Origin: a virus
Lineage: Duplodnaviria; Heunggongvirae; Uroviricota; Caudoviricetes
Direction: 5' to 3' (one strand)
DNA length: 64,000 nucleotides
IMG/VR virus record: IMGVR_UViG_3300029911_000006
Shown: positions 1-7,772 of the stretch, piece after piece
How positions within the stretch are numbered: the stretch's first letter is position 1
Layout of the letters: every line of letters begins with the position of its first letter
Program-made: the position numbers and the translations under genes
The notes under the pieces: generated by a model
What the model saw: only the letters and a program-made list of their open reading frames with translations
Told to the model about the DNA's origin: nothing
Databases searched by the model: none

Positions 1-177
1 GATGATGAAGAGGTTGACGTTGACGATGAGTTCTATCTTGAGTACGAGGCTCTGGTCGAGCCGGGGACGTGGGAGGCCAACTACGCTATCCAACTGACAC
101 AGACGGCGGCGTGCCTTCAGGATATTCCCGCAGCCCGTATCGCCGCCATTGCCGCAGCTTCTCGCTCTGCCAAGTAG
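1..177 (+). CDS. hypothetical protein, 5'-truncated at the window edge; acidic C-terminus (DDEEVDVDDEF...)
   Basis: Frame 1 is open from nt 1 to TAG at 175-177 with GC-rich third positions. The opposite-strand translation is low-complexity. It is tail-to-tail with the next minus gene, 4 nt apart. Confidence 0.35.
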   Translation, partial: DDEEVDVDDEFYLEYEALVEPGTWEANYAIQLTQTAACLQDIPAARIAAIAAASRSAK

Positions 178-181
178 GTAC

Positions 182-466
182 TTAACCAACAACTTTCCGC
201 GTGAGGATTTCCTTGACGATGCGATACCTCATGCCGGGGTCGCGGGTGGACTTGTAGGCACGAGCCTCTTCAACATTCGGGTGACGTGCCTTATCGAGGG
301 ACGGGTGCCAACCTTCCAGCTTGCCGATGAAGCCCCGGAACAGCGGGTGGTCGTTCTCACCCATCTCCAACAGTCGCTGGATGCGGAGCCGTCTATCCCG
401 TGCTCGTTCCAGCTTTCGCTGGCACCCGAACAGGGTCTGCTCCAATCTGTCGATACGCTTCCTCAT
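182..466 (-). CDS. hypothetical protein (94 aa)
   Basis: ORF in the six-frame track. ATGA overlap with the upstream gene at 463-466. Protein-like composition. Confidence 0.5.
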   Translation of the reverse strand: MRKRIDRLEQTLFGCQRKLERARDRRLRIQRLLEMGENDHPLFRGFIGKLEGWHPSLDKARHPNVEEARAYKSTRDPGMRYRIVKEILTRKVVG

Positions 467-843
467 TGGGTAGCCTCACACCTTAGAATTTCCATCTCGA
501 TTTCATCGTACGGATTATCTATCGGGATGTTGTTGAACGTGGCGTAGACGTAACGACCATGCAGTAGCTTGTCCCGGTACTGTTTGAACGTGCGGTTGCG
601 GTGGTGCATCGTGTTCTGGTTCAGGAAGGCGAGGATACGTTGCAACCTGTCAACCTCAACAGACAACGTATCCGCCTTCCTGATACGCAGAACACGTACC
701 TTAGACCGCTGGCACCACAACTCCGACTCGAAGATGCACAGCACATCGAAGTAACGCACGTCCTCGTCTGCGTTGGGGTTATGTTCGCGATGCCATGCGA
801 ACCACCCCTCTACGTCGCCAGACTGAGGGTACTTATCGGCCAT
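463..843 (-). CDS. hypothetical protein (126 aa)
   Basis: ORF coupled on both sides (11-nt overlap with the cca stop, ATGA with the next gene). Confidence 0.55.
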   Translation of the reverse strand: MADKYPQSGDVEGWFAWHREHNPNADEDVRYFDVLCIFESELWCQRSKVRVLRIRKADTLSVEVDRLQRILAFLNQNTMHHRNRTFKQYRDKLLHGRYVYATFNNIPIDNPYDEIEMEILRCEATQ

Positions 844-2131
844 TCGTCAACTCCATGTCCGACATCGCGAACCCTCGTGCGAAGTCCAATGCTTCCTGCC
901 GTGAATCGAAGCGTCTCTCGTCAAAGTTCCCGTTCAACTGCTCCGTCTCCACAGCGAACAAGACCCGAGTGAACATCGGCCCCGGCTTGAAGCCCATGTC
1001 CATCAAATCCTGTCCCATGACCATCGGCACCGGGCGGACAGTTTCCGGCGTCAATGCCCGGAAGCGTTCAACCAGAACCGCACGTGCCATCGTCTCACGC
1101 AAGTCCAAGCCGCCTCTGTCCCTACCCTGAGTCATGTTCACAGTCTGCTCGAACAGGTCAACCCCATGCGACAGGACACCCGGCTTACGAGCGAACCGCT
1201 TGACGGTGGCGTCATCTGCGTTGAGAACTCTATCCAGCTTCTCAGCCACAGCGTTGACGACAACATCCCGCTCTCCTACCGACAGCTTCAGGCTGTTGAC
1301 AGCCATCGCCATTTGCAGGTCACTGGAACAATCGGCAAAGAACATCGCCAGACCCAGCAACGGGTCTTTGGTCGGGAACTTGGTGAACCGCTCCAGCATC
1401 GAAGCGAAGTTCAGAGAGGACGTGAAGCCCAGTCCGAATACCTGAGTCAACAACCCAGTAGAAGCCAAGAGAGTCAGACCCTGAACCGCGAACGGCCCAA
1501 CGACCAGCTTCTTCAGTTCAGCCGCAACTCGCTCCATGCTAACCATCCGTACCCGGCTGTCATTTCGCACTATCGCGTCGAACGTACCTTGCTCCACAGT
1601 GAAGCCCAACCGGGCGACGAAGGAAGCCGCACGCAACATGCGTGCCGGGTCTTCCATGAAACGGTCATCCGGGTTGCCTATGCAGCGAACCAAACCGGCT
1701 CTCAGGTCTGACAAACCGCCAACGTGGTCAACCACGAAGTTGGACGGGTCGCCAGCGGGGCCAAACGGTATCAGGGACATCAGCCCGTTCATGGTGAAAT
1801 CGCGGCGAAGAACATCCTCTTCAGCCGACTCGCTGTAGCGAACTTCGTCCGGGCGGCGTCCATCGGTGTACTCGCCATCTGCACGGTACGTCGCAACCTC
1901 TATCTGGTGACCGTCCACTATGACCACGACGACGCCGAACTTGGCACCGACTGGAGTGGTTTTCTCAAACAGAGGCTGAACCTGCTCCGGGCGTGCGTTG
2001 GTCGAAACGTCGAAGTCCTTGGGGGTTTTTCCCAACACTAAATCTCGTACACAACCCCCCACGAGGTTTCCCTCATACCCTGCTCTACGTAAGGTATTCA
2101 ACACTATACTGGCTGCGGCACTCATATCCAT
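833..2131 (-). CDS. cca: CCA-adding tRNA nucleotidyltransferase / poly(A) polymerase-family head domain
   Basis: Motifs GGCVRD...DFD and RRDFTMN are typical of the class II CCA-adding enzyme head domain. Start ATG (MDMSAAAS) lies 6 nt after a TATACT -10 box, so it is leaderless. Confidence 0.85.
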   Translation of the reverse strand: MDMSAAASIVLNTLRRAGYEGNLVGGCVRDLVLGKTPKDFDVSTNARPEQVQPLFEKTTPVGAKFGVVVVIVDGHQIEVATYRADGEYTDGRRPDEVRYSESAEEDVLRRDFTMNGLMSLIPFGPAGDPSNFVVDHVGGLSDLRAGLVRCIGNPDDRFMEDPARMLRAASFVARLGFTVEQGTFDAIVRNDSRVRMVSMERVAAELKKLVVGPFAVQGLTLLASTGLLTQVFGLGFTSSLNFASMLERFTKFPTKDPLLGLAMFFADCSSDLQMAMAVNSLKLSVGERDVVVNAVAEKLDRVLNADDATVKRFARKPGVLSHGVDLFEQTVNMTQGRDRGGLDLRETMARAVLVERFRALTPETVRPVPMVMGQDLMDMGFKPGPMFTRVLFAVETEQLNGNFDERRFDSRQEALDFARGFAMSDMELTNGR

Positions 2132-2186
2132 ACACACAGTATACCGGAGTCTCAGGTATTCTGGGTACAAATTTGCCAAAATAATT
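2131..2186 (-). promoter_or_regulatory. conserved phage promoter, copy 1 (UP element, -35-like CCCAGA, -10 TATACT); leaderless start of cca
   Basis: Minus strand reads TATTTTGGCAAATTTGTACCCAGAATACCTGAGACTCCGGTATACTGTGTGTATG. Confidence 0.6.
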
Positions 2187-2314
2187 CGACTTTGCTCCTC
2201 TTTAGTAGAGGAGGCAAAAAATGGACTACTTTAACCGAAGGCAGCGTAAATCTCGGACTTGGCCTTCTCCATCCGGGCGAGTTCTTCTGGTATCGGGGGA
2301 ATAATCATGGGGCC

Positions 2315-2530
2315 TCAGCGATTGTTCATGGGGTGAAGGTGGAGGTCGCCATGCTTGTCCACGCGGGTGTAGACCGGCGATACATCGGTGGGGTTGAAGA
2401 ACTTGAGGTAGTGGAGTACATCCACCTTCATGACCTGAACCGTCCACGTATCATCCTGAACGAGGGCGTCCATCATGACCCGGCCCTTGTGGGCCTTGAC
2501 GAGAGCACGAACTTGCTTGACGGTTTCCAT
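2315..2530 (-). CDS. hypothetical protein (71 aa)
   Basis: ORF METVKQVRALVK... Its ATG overlaps the TAA of the upstream small gene (TAATG). Confidence 0.45.
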   Translation of the reverse strand: METVKQVRALVKAHKGRVMMDALVQDDTWTVQVMKVDVLHYLKFFNPTDVSPVYTRVDKHGDLHLHPMNNR

Positions 2531-2700
2531 TACCAGTACATCCTCTTGGCCTGAATTGCGACCAGCTTCTGCCAGTGCCGTTCAAGGGTCTCGCGACGGT
2601 ACTTATCGCGTAGACGCATAAACAGGCAGTAAAAGGGGAAGTCCTTATCGAACCGACGACGCGGTTCACAGTCGTAGTAACCAATCGTAACGGTAGCCAT
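2530..2700 (-). CDS. small hypothetical protein (56 aa, MATVTIGYYDCEPRRRFDKDFPFY...)
   Basis: Hand-translated; below the ORF-track size cutoff. TAATG overlaps at both ends. The track ORF 2451..2684 in another frame looks spurious (R/G/S-rich). Confidence 0.4.
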   Translation of the reverse strand: MATVTIGYYDCEPRRRFDKDFPFYCLFMRLRDKYRRETLERHWQKLVAIQAKRMYW

Positions 2701-2894
2701 TAGCGTGCCCTCCGGCTGCGGAGACCCGCGACGTACATGAGGGTCTTATACCGTTCCTTGGCCTCGTCACGGACGGGCTCAGGCTTCGGCTGGTGGGTGC
2801 CGCACAAGTTAGACCCGTCGAGGGCCTGATTCTTGCACGGACGTGTCCGGTAGAAGTTCATTCCGGGTACCCGTACTTGGTGGGAGCATCGCAT
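2700..2894 (-). CDS. small Cys-rich protein (64 aa, MRCSHQ...CKNQ...CGTHQ)
   Basis: ATG sits 6 nt after the TATACT of promoter copy 2 (leaderless). The track ORF extends upstream through a TTG. Confidence 0.5.
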   Translation of the reverse strand: MRCSHQVRVPGMNFYRTRPCKNQALDGSNLCGTHQPKPEPVRDEAKERYKTLMYVAGLRSRRAR

Positions 2895-2950
2895 ACCCAC
2901 AGTATACCGGAGCAACCGCCGTTCTGAACACTATTTTTGGGTATTTTTTG
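2895..2950 (-). promoter_or_regulatory. conserved phage promoter, copy 2
   Basis: Minus strand reads AAAAATACCCAAAAATAGTGTTCAGAACGGCGGTTGCTCCGGTATACTGTGGGTATG. Confidence 0.65.
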
Positions 2951-3125
2951 TCTCGCCGAGGGCCTTGAATCCCAAGAACACACAGGCGTAGGAGAGGATG
3001 GAGATGAGGGTAAAGTTCAGGTCGTCACCGGGCATCGGGTGCTTCAGCATCTCGTACATGGCGACAGCACCAAAGGATGACCCTGCTATAGCCAGCAGGA
3101 CGGCGTAGAGGGCATAGGGTTTCAT
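2931..3125 (-). CDS. small membrane protein (64 aa, one or two TM helices)
   Basis: Hydrophobic ORF MKPYALYAVLLAIAGSSFGAV.... A GC hairpin immediately precedes its ATG. Confidence 0.5.
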   Translation of the reverse strand: MKPYALYAVLLAIAGSSFGAVAMYEMLKHPMPGDDLNFTLISILSYACVFLGFKALGETKNTQK

Positions 3126-3130
3126 GTGAG

Positions 3131-3157
3131 GGGCGAGGGGCGTCTCCGCCCCTCCCT
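3131..3157 (-). terminator. GC-rich hairpin (GAGGGGCG-tctc-CGCCCCTC) without a U-tract, between a stop codon and the next ATG
   Basis: Perfect 8-bp G/C stem seen directly in the sequence. It could be an attenuator, a U-less terminator or a processing site. Confidence 0.35.
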
Positions 3158-3162
3158 TTCGC

Positions 3163-3510
3163 TTAGAAGCTGTAGTCGTGGTACTCGTTGCGTTGGCCGA
3201 TGTGGAGTGAGGTACCGTTGCCCTTGCTCTCTCCGGTCTTAATCCAGAGACCGTTCTTCCGCTTGGTGTAGACTTCTTTCGCGGCCTTGGGGTTGGGGGT
3301 GAAGGCGTAGTCCTGTGACTCGCTCATGCCGTTGCTGTCGGTGCGTTCTGCTGAGTCCTGCTGGATGACAATCTTGGTGGGCGACTTGACCTCCACGATG
3401 GTTGCGGCGTGCCGGTCGGTGTACATGTTGATGGTGGCTCCCATGCCTACCTCAGGAACCTTGTTCACCGACTCGGACATTCTGCTGTAGATGTTGCCGA
3501 ATACACGCAT
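3163..3510 (-). CDS. hypothetical protein (115 aa)
   Basis: ATG (MRVFGNIY) is preceded by GGAGGAAACAACC and by promoter copy 3. Confidence 0.55.
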   Translation of the reverse strand: MRVFGNIYSRMSESVNKVPEVGMGATINMYTDRHAATIVEVKSPTKIVIQQDSAERTDSNGMSESQDYAFTPNPKAAKEVYTKRKNGLWIKTGESKGNGTSLHIGQRNEYHDYSF

Positions 3511-3524
3511 TGGTTGTTTCCTCC

Positions 3525-3575
3525 ACAGACAGTATACCGAACCCCACACGAAACTGGACAGAAAATAATTACATG
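3525..3575 (-). promoter_or_regulatory. conserved phage promoter, copy 3 (with a Shine-Dalgarno-bearing leader)
   Basis: Minus strand reads AATTATTTTCTGTCCAGTTTCGTGTGGGGTTCGGTATACTGTCTGTGGAGGAAACAACCAATG. Confidence 0.6.
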
Positions 3576-3895
3576 TCGGATGGCTCGTGGGTCACCCGAT
3601 ATGGTATAAGAGGCTCGACCGGAGCATTCTTTGCCTCCGCCCATGCTCTCAGGAGAGCGTTCAGAGCCCGATTGATTTCCCGGTCGCGTTCGGATGAGTC
3701 GAAGATACCGTCGCCGATGGTGTGAGCATTGGAGTACACGGACTCCCGGCTGTTCCCGAAGTAGGCAGCGAAGTATCCATGGCGGAGACGCAGGTAGCCG
3801 ACGTACTCGCCGTCGAAGTACACGTCGTATGCTTCGGGGCACGCACCGCAGGTCTCGTTGAGTTTTATGTCAGGGAGTTCAAGTTCAGGATTCAT
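3569..3895 (-). CDS. hypothetical protein (108 aa)
   Basis: Track ORF. The internal ATG (MNPELE) has an AGGAAGAAG Shine-Dalgarno. The stop lies inside the UP element of promoter copy 3. Confidence 0.5.
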   Translation of the reverse strand: MNPELELPDIKLNETCGACPEAYDVYFDGEYVGYLRLRHGYFAAYFGNSRESVYSNAHTIGDGIFDSSERDREINRALNALLRAWAEAKNAPVEPLIPYRVTHEPSDM

Positions 3896-4184
3896 CTTCT
3901 TCCTCATGCGGCCACAGCTTCAGGGAGTAACGGCCCCTCATGCGTGTCAGGTTGTAGTCGCACTGATTCTCCTGTGCGTACTGGATGGCGTAAGGCAGGA
4001 ACAGATGCCCGGAGCTATGCATCCCCTCGTAGAATCCCTTCCGGGCAATCTCTTCCTTCAGTATCTTCAGGAAGAAGCGGACGCTGGCGACGGTCGGGCC
4101 ACTGATACCCGTCTTGCGAATCAGTGGCGTGGCTGCGGGGGCTTTCTTCCGCCCGTCCATTTGCGTGATGGCTTCGAGTTGCAT
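3885..4184 (-). CDS. hypothetical protein (99 aa)
   Basis: Start MQLEAITQ overlaps the upstream stop (TAATG). Confidence 0.5.
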   Translation of the reverse strand: MQLEAITQMDGRKKAPAATPLIRKTGISGPTVASVRFFLKILKEEIARKGFYEGMHSSGHLFLPYAIQYAQENQCDYNLTRMRGRYSLKLWPHEEEDES

Positions 4185-4393
4185 TACTTTTTCTTCTCCG
4201 GTCTTCCCCGCTTGCGGCGGAATGGTGCAGCTTCCTTCTGAGCACACTCAAGGCAGTAGTCTGATTTCTCTGGCATGTACGCGACGGCCATGTGAGTGGA
4301 CGCCTTGTTCACGAAGACAATCTTCTTCCGCAGAACTTCTTCCTCTGCGAGAGGGCTCTTGCCACAGGTGTCGCATGAGTAGGTGACGGCCAT
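4184..4393 (-). CDS. zinc-ribbon protein (69 aa; CDTC...CLEC)
   Basis: Two CxxC pairs. TAACATG coupling to the upstream gene. Confidence 0.5.
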   Translation of the reverse strand: MAVTYSCDTCGKSPLAEEEVLRKKIVFVNKASTHMAVAYMPEKSDYCLECAQKEAAPFRRKRGRPEKKK

Positions 4394-4394
4394 G

Positions 4395-4658
4395 TTAGTT
4401 GTGGTAGTACGAGTCGTGGTACGGTTGGTGGGTTGCTGTACCGGGGAACCCTTTGTCACCACGAATGAACGCCGAGGCCAGTACGGCCAGAATCATGACA
4501 ATGGACACGACGATGAGAAGTTCGATGAGCGTGAAACCCGACTCTTTCTTCAGAGGGCACACACAGTTCTTCGCACCGGGGCGTTCGAGGCGAAGCGGTA
4601 GTTTGCAGTCGGGACAAACCTGCAATAGAACTTGAGCTACTCCCAGTCCTAGATACAT
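4395..4658 (-). CDS. prepilin-like protein carrying a class III (type IV pilin) signal motif G|FTLIELLIVVSIVMILAVLA
   Basis: The canonical prepilin peptidase cleavage/methylation motif KKESG-FTLIEL lies in mid-ORF. The annotated 41-aa leader holds a CPDC...CVCP zinc ribbon. The predicted mature part is only about 46 aa. Alternative internal GTG or CTG starts would give a typical short MKKxxG leader. Confidence 0.5.
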   Translation of the reverse strand: MYLGLGVAQVLLQVCPDCKLPLRLERPGAKNCVCPLKKESGFTLIELLIVVSIVMILAVLASAFIRGDKGFPGTATHQPYHDSYYHN

Positions 4659-4882
4659 TAGAGACTCCCTCCCCGCATGAAGCGGATAGTACGATAAGCA
4701 TACCAGCCGAATCCGAAGATGCCCAGCAGCAGTCCCCCGAAGAAGGCCGTGTTCATAGGTACCAGCGGGTAGAGCATAATGAGCAGCCAGATGAGCATCA
4801 GCGCGGGTCCTCCGGTGGCCGCTAGGACAATGAAACAGAGAATCTTCACGTGAAGTGGAGCCGTCTTGTATTCAAGGCTCAT
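4658..4882 (-). CDS. small membrane protein (74 aa, 2-3 TM helices)
   Basis: MSLEYKTAPLHVKILCFIVLAATGG... ATGA overlaps at both ends. Confidence 0.5.
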   Translation of the reverse strand: MSLEYKTAPLHVKILCFIVLAATGGPALMLIWLLIMLYPLVPMNTAFFGGLLLGIFGFGWYAYRTIRFMRGGSL

Positions 4883-5097
4883 AGTGTACCTGCATCTTCC
4901 GCTTGAAGCAGGGTGTTGAACATCGCAGCGATGTGCCGTGCGTTGTTGCGGGTCTTGGTGGCCCGGACAACAGCGAGGGGTAAACGGTTCGCGTCTTCGA
5001 GCACGACGCACCAGTGACCAAGTATCCGGTCAGGCTTGAACGACGGAGGCTTCGGCTTGGTTTTTGCGACCCTCTTGACGACCGGCTTACTCTTCAT
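4879..5097 (-). CDS. small basic protein (72 aa, K/P-rich N-terminus)
   Basis: MKSKPVVKRVAKTKPKPP... The start lies inside the tail of the upstream gene (11-nt overlap). Confidence 0.45.
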   Translation of the reverse strand: MKSKPVVKRVAKTKPKPPSFKPDRILGHWCVVLEDANRLPLAVVRATKTRNNARHIAAMFNTLLQAEDAGTL

Positions 5098-5332
5098 TGA
5101 ATTCCTCGCGATTGCCCATGGCGTACTGCACGAAACCTTGTGCCGCACGCATCTGAGCCTGAGCGTGGAGCACGCCTTCATGGAAGCCCTTGTTGTAACC
5201 GTCGCTGTGCCCCATGTTGTACTGGCACTGCTGCAACAGGTCGCTGGTGTGCTTCTGGTCTGCCATCATACTGGTGAGGACAGCAGCGAGTACGGGGCGA
5301 ACCTCGCCGGGGATTACGATGTCTTTAGCCAT
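5087..5332 (-). CDS. hypothetical protein (81 aa)
   Basis: TAATG coupling to the upstream gene. Confidence 0.5.
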   Translation of the reverse strand: MAKDIVIPGEVRPVLAAVLTSMMADQKHTSDLLQQCQYNMGHSDGYNKGFHEGVLHAQAQMRAAQGFVQYAMGNREEFNEE

Positions 5333-5523
5333 TATCTCAACCTCTCTTCAGCCCACAAGGCAAAGTACGTGATGCTGGCAATGTCGGGGATGTTGAAGCC
5401 CTCTTGGAAGCACACGTAGAAGGGAATCTCCAGCTTCGGTGTGCCGACGATGGCACGGACATAGCGGGTCTTCCCGTCTGTGCATTTGTACACACCATCG
5501 ACAACAATGTCTTGGACGTTCAT
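5332..5523 (-). CDS. hypothetical protein (63 aa)
   Basis: GGAGAACTAATG Shine-Dalgarno. TAATG coupling. Confidence 0.5.
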   Translation of the reverse strand: MNVQDIVVDGVYKCTDGKTRYVRAIVGTPKLEIPFYVCFQEGFNIPDIASITYFALWAEERLR

Positions 5524-5900
5524 TAGTTCTCCCGTGACGCCGCGATGACCGCCGTGAACAGCAACTCCATCTCAGGCTTGAGGAGTTGAGCGGAGAGCAA
5601 CCTACGCATCCGGCTCAGAACCTCTTGCTGGTGACGACGGTTCGGTGTGCCCTTCGGTAAGGACGGAAGGGCGTCGATGACCTGCTGCTTTGTTGGAACC
5701 ACAGACTTCTGCGTTAGCAGGGTCACCATGGAGGCGATGCCGGTAGCTGACCCGGAGGTCTTCAGGCCATCCTTGACGTACTCGAAGTCACCAATCGCTG
5801 TGCGGATTACGCGGATGTTGGCAAGGTGACACACTCCGCCGATGCTCGTATCAAGAAGCAGGGCGTGGTATCCAGCGGCGATAGCGTCTAGGTTATCCAT
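5523..5900 (-). CDS. hypothetical protein (125 aa) immediately downstream of PARP
   Basis: AGGAGACCC-ATG lies 8 nt after the PARP stop. The track ORF extends further upstream through low-complexity sequence. Confidence 0.55.
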   Translation of the reverse strand: MDNLDAIAAGYHALLLDTSIGGVCHLANIRVIRTAIGDFEYVKDGLKTSGSATGIASMVTLLTQKSVVPTKQQVIDALPSLPKGTPNRRHQQEVLSRMRRLLSAQLLKPEMELLFTAVIAASREN

Positions 5901-5907
5901 GGGTCTC

Positions 5908-7398
5908 CTACTTGCTGTCGAACTCGATGAGGTACTTGATGTTGGACTGCGAGGTACGGTAGACAATCTGCTCGTCGTTCTGGACGCCAGAGACACCAGC
6001 CTTCGCCCAGCAAGAGTCGAAGCCATTCTGACGGCAGTACGAAGCTGCACGGCTGTCGCCATGACCACGGGGAGTGTACGGCTTGCCCATGGCAACGTCG
6101 GCCCGGAACATGTAGCAGTTGCTGTCCCGGCTGCTGCTCCCACCACCCCAGTAGCCGAAGCTGTAGTTCAGCGACTTCGTGCTCTGGTTGGAGAAGTACA
6201 CACCGTTGTCGTACATCGCACCAGTGGTCTGTGCGGTCGAAAGCTGCGTCGGAAGTACGAAGCCACGCTTCAGGATGGAGAGGATGTTGAACACGCGGGT
6301 ACCGTGCCAGAGTTCGCGGATGTTGCCAACCTTCTTACCATCGGCGTCGAAGGCGGAAATCATGTGAGGAATCGTGACCGCGTACACCCGGACAGGCTTC
6401 AGGTGAGAGCAGGAGTGACCCCGGTTGACGGTGGCATAGAACTCAGACTCGATGCTCTTCCAGATGTCCTTGTCGTCCACCAGAGCAAGCTTGCACTCGA
6501 ACAGTGCCTTGCGTGCGATGACAACCTCATCCTTATCGCCACCCTTGGCAGCATCGGCGAGACGCTGTTCGGCGAGTTGCACCGAAGTCTCAAGCTGGTC
6601 AAGCAGCGAAGTCTGAGCGGCGATGTTGATGAAATCGGTGTGCCATCCCTGACGGCGAGTGCCTACGTCCTGCGGCACGAGGCGGAGGTACGTGGAGAGA
6701 AGACCACCACCCGCAGCGTACTTGGCGTTCTCGGTGTCACGCTTCTGCACGTAGGGGAGCATCTTGTCGAGAATCGACCGGGCTTCCGTGATGGCTTCAA
6801 GCTGAACTACGCCGAGAGAGGTCTTCACGAGACCAGAGTCATCAATGTAGACGCCACCCTTATCCTTACCACCAGTCGCCAGATTCAACTCATGACGGTT
6901 GGTGTCGGCCAGCTTCTTCACGAGAGCGGCAGTGAAGGCACATGCACCAGCAATGTCGGTCACCGCTGCTGCCTTGACGGCGACAGAGGTCATTTTGTTG
7001 TCGTAGGAAGAAGAGGAACCAAATGCTTTGGCGGCTGGCTCAGGGGCACCGACAGTCTTGACTTCGGTGTAGGCTGGCTTGATTTTGCCATCCTTGTCAG
7101 CCTTCTGCGGCTTGAGGTTGCCGTACTTGTCGGTCTGTGTCTTGTCGCGAATCTTCGCGTCGAGGTCGGACTGGCTGTCGAGCAACATGCTCTCGCACTT
7201 CTCGATGGGTGCTCCGACCCGGCCCCAAGTGGTGCGGATGTAACCCGTCTCCACCTTGCCGCCACGGCCCGACTGGGTGATTGGCCCGTCGTAAATCTCT
7301 ACCCGGTAGAACTTGTTGTTGTTCTGAATCGGGTCAACGGCGATAAACATCCTCGTCGCGATTACTTTAGTGGTCGTAGCTGTCAGTAGCGTTGCCAT
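5908..7398 (-). CDS. poly(ADP-ribose) polymerase (PARP) homolog with a WGR domain
   Basis: WGR motif FYRVEIYDG...TTWGRVG. Catalytic motifs LWHGTRVFNILSIL (H-G-T), GVYFSNQSTKSLNYS (Tyr) and NIKYLIEFD (Glu) align with the PARP1 H-Y-E signature. The start is leaderless, after promoter copy 4. Confidence 0.85.
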   Translation of the reverse strand: MATLLTATTTKVIATRMFIAVDPIQNNNKFYRVEIYDGPITQSGRGGKVETGYIRTTWGRVGAPIEKCESMLLDSQSDLDAKIRDKTQTDKYGNLKPQKADKDGKIKPAYTEVKTVGAPEPAAKAFGSSSSYDNKMTSVAVKAAAVTDIAGACAFTAALVKKLADTNRHELNLATGGKDKGGVYIDDSGLVKTSLGVVQLEAITEARSILDKMLPYVQKRDTENAKYAAGGGLLSTYLRLVPQDVGTRRQGWHTDFINIAAQTSLLDQLETSVQLAEQRLADAAKGGDKDEVVIARKALFECKLALVDDKDIWKSIESEFYATVNRGHSCSHLKPVRVYAVTIPHMISAFDADGKKVGNIRELWHGTRVFNILSILKRGFVLPTQLSTAQTTGAMYDNGVYFSNQSTKSLNYSFGYWGGGSSSRDSNCYMFRADVAMGKPYTPRGHGDSRAASYCRQNGFDSCWAKAGVSGVQNDEQIVYRTSQSNIKYLIEFDSK

Positions 7399-7399
7399 G

Positions 7400-7460
7400 C
7401 ATGTAGTATACAGAGCTATGGGGTGTTTTGAACAGCTATTTTTGAGAAATTTTTGTGTTT
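7400..7460 (-). promoter_or_regulatory. conserved phage promoter, copy 4 (drives PARP; leaderless)
   Basis: Minus strand reads AAAAATTTCTCAAAAATAGCTGTTCAAAACACCCCATAGCTCTGTATACTACATGCATG. Confidence 0.65.
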
Positions 7461-7672
7461 TCAGGGTACTGACGGAGTATCTCTCGCTGGCGGATTGCCT
7501 CTGTCTGGTTACCCTGACGTTCCTCCACCAGCCGAATGAGTTCATCGGCATGTGCCGTGCATACTTCGCCATCTACGATGCTCAGCTTCGCGTCGTTATC
7601 AGCGGCGACCTGTTTGATAATGTCCACATCGAGGAAGTTGTGCTCAGCCACGTACTCTAACCTATGCCACAT
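7436..7672 (-). CDS. hypothetical protein (78 aa)
   Basis: Track ORF. GGAGACAACA Shine-Dalgarno. It overlaps promoter copy 4. Confidence 0.5.
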   Translation of the reverse strand: MWHRLEYVAEHNFLDVDIIKQVAADNDAKLSIVDGEVCTAHADELIRLVEERQGNQTEAIRQREILRQYPENTKISQK

Positions 7673-7727
7673 TGTTGTCTCCGTATGCTACTAAGGTGTT
7701 CCTGTATTTTACACCATCCTGAGTATA

Positions 7728-7760
7728 CACGCGAGGTAGCAAAGGGTTCTGAGTGTAGTC
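7728..7760 (-). promoter_or_regulatory. conserved promoter, degenerate copy (CTCAGAACC...GTGTATACTCAGG) with a 50-nt leader
   Basis: Motif similarity. It sits upstream of 7436..7672. Confidence 0.4.
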
Positions 7761-7772
7761 ATGTGTCCCATG

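Noticed and set aside
2194-2221. Hairpin CTCCTCT-ttagt-AGAGGAG followed by AAAAAA, considered as a terminator
   Set aside because: The A-run follows the hairpin on the plus strand, and the T-run precedes it on the minus strand, so neither orientation gives a stem followed by a U-tract. A weak or bidirectional role cannot be excluded.
2451-2684. Track ORF (77 aa, minus strand)
   Set aside because: Its R/G/S-rich translation looks non-coding. A different frame (2530..2700) gives a protein-like 56-aa product with TAATG coupling at both ends.
5842-7389. Long plus-strand ORF (515 aa), and similar plus-strand ORFs at 31466..32938, 37877..38908, 39246..40547, 40644..41357, 36773..37324, 52769..53668, 60652..61269 and 61892..62524
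   Set aside because: They are antisense shadows of strongly supported minus-strand genes (PARP, MVP, rIIB, rIIA, Ku and others). Their translations are Val/Leu/Gly/Arg-rich low-complexity with no start context.
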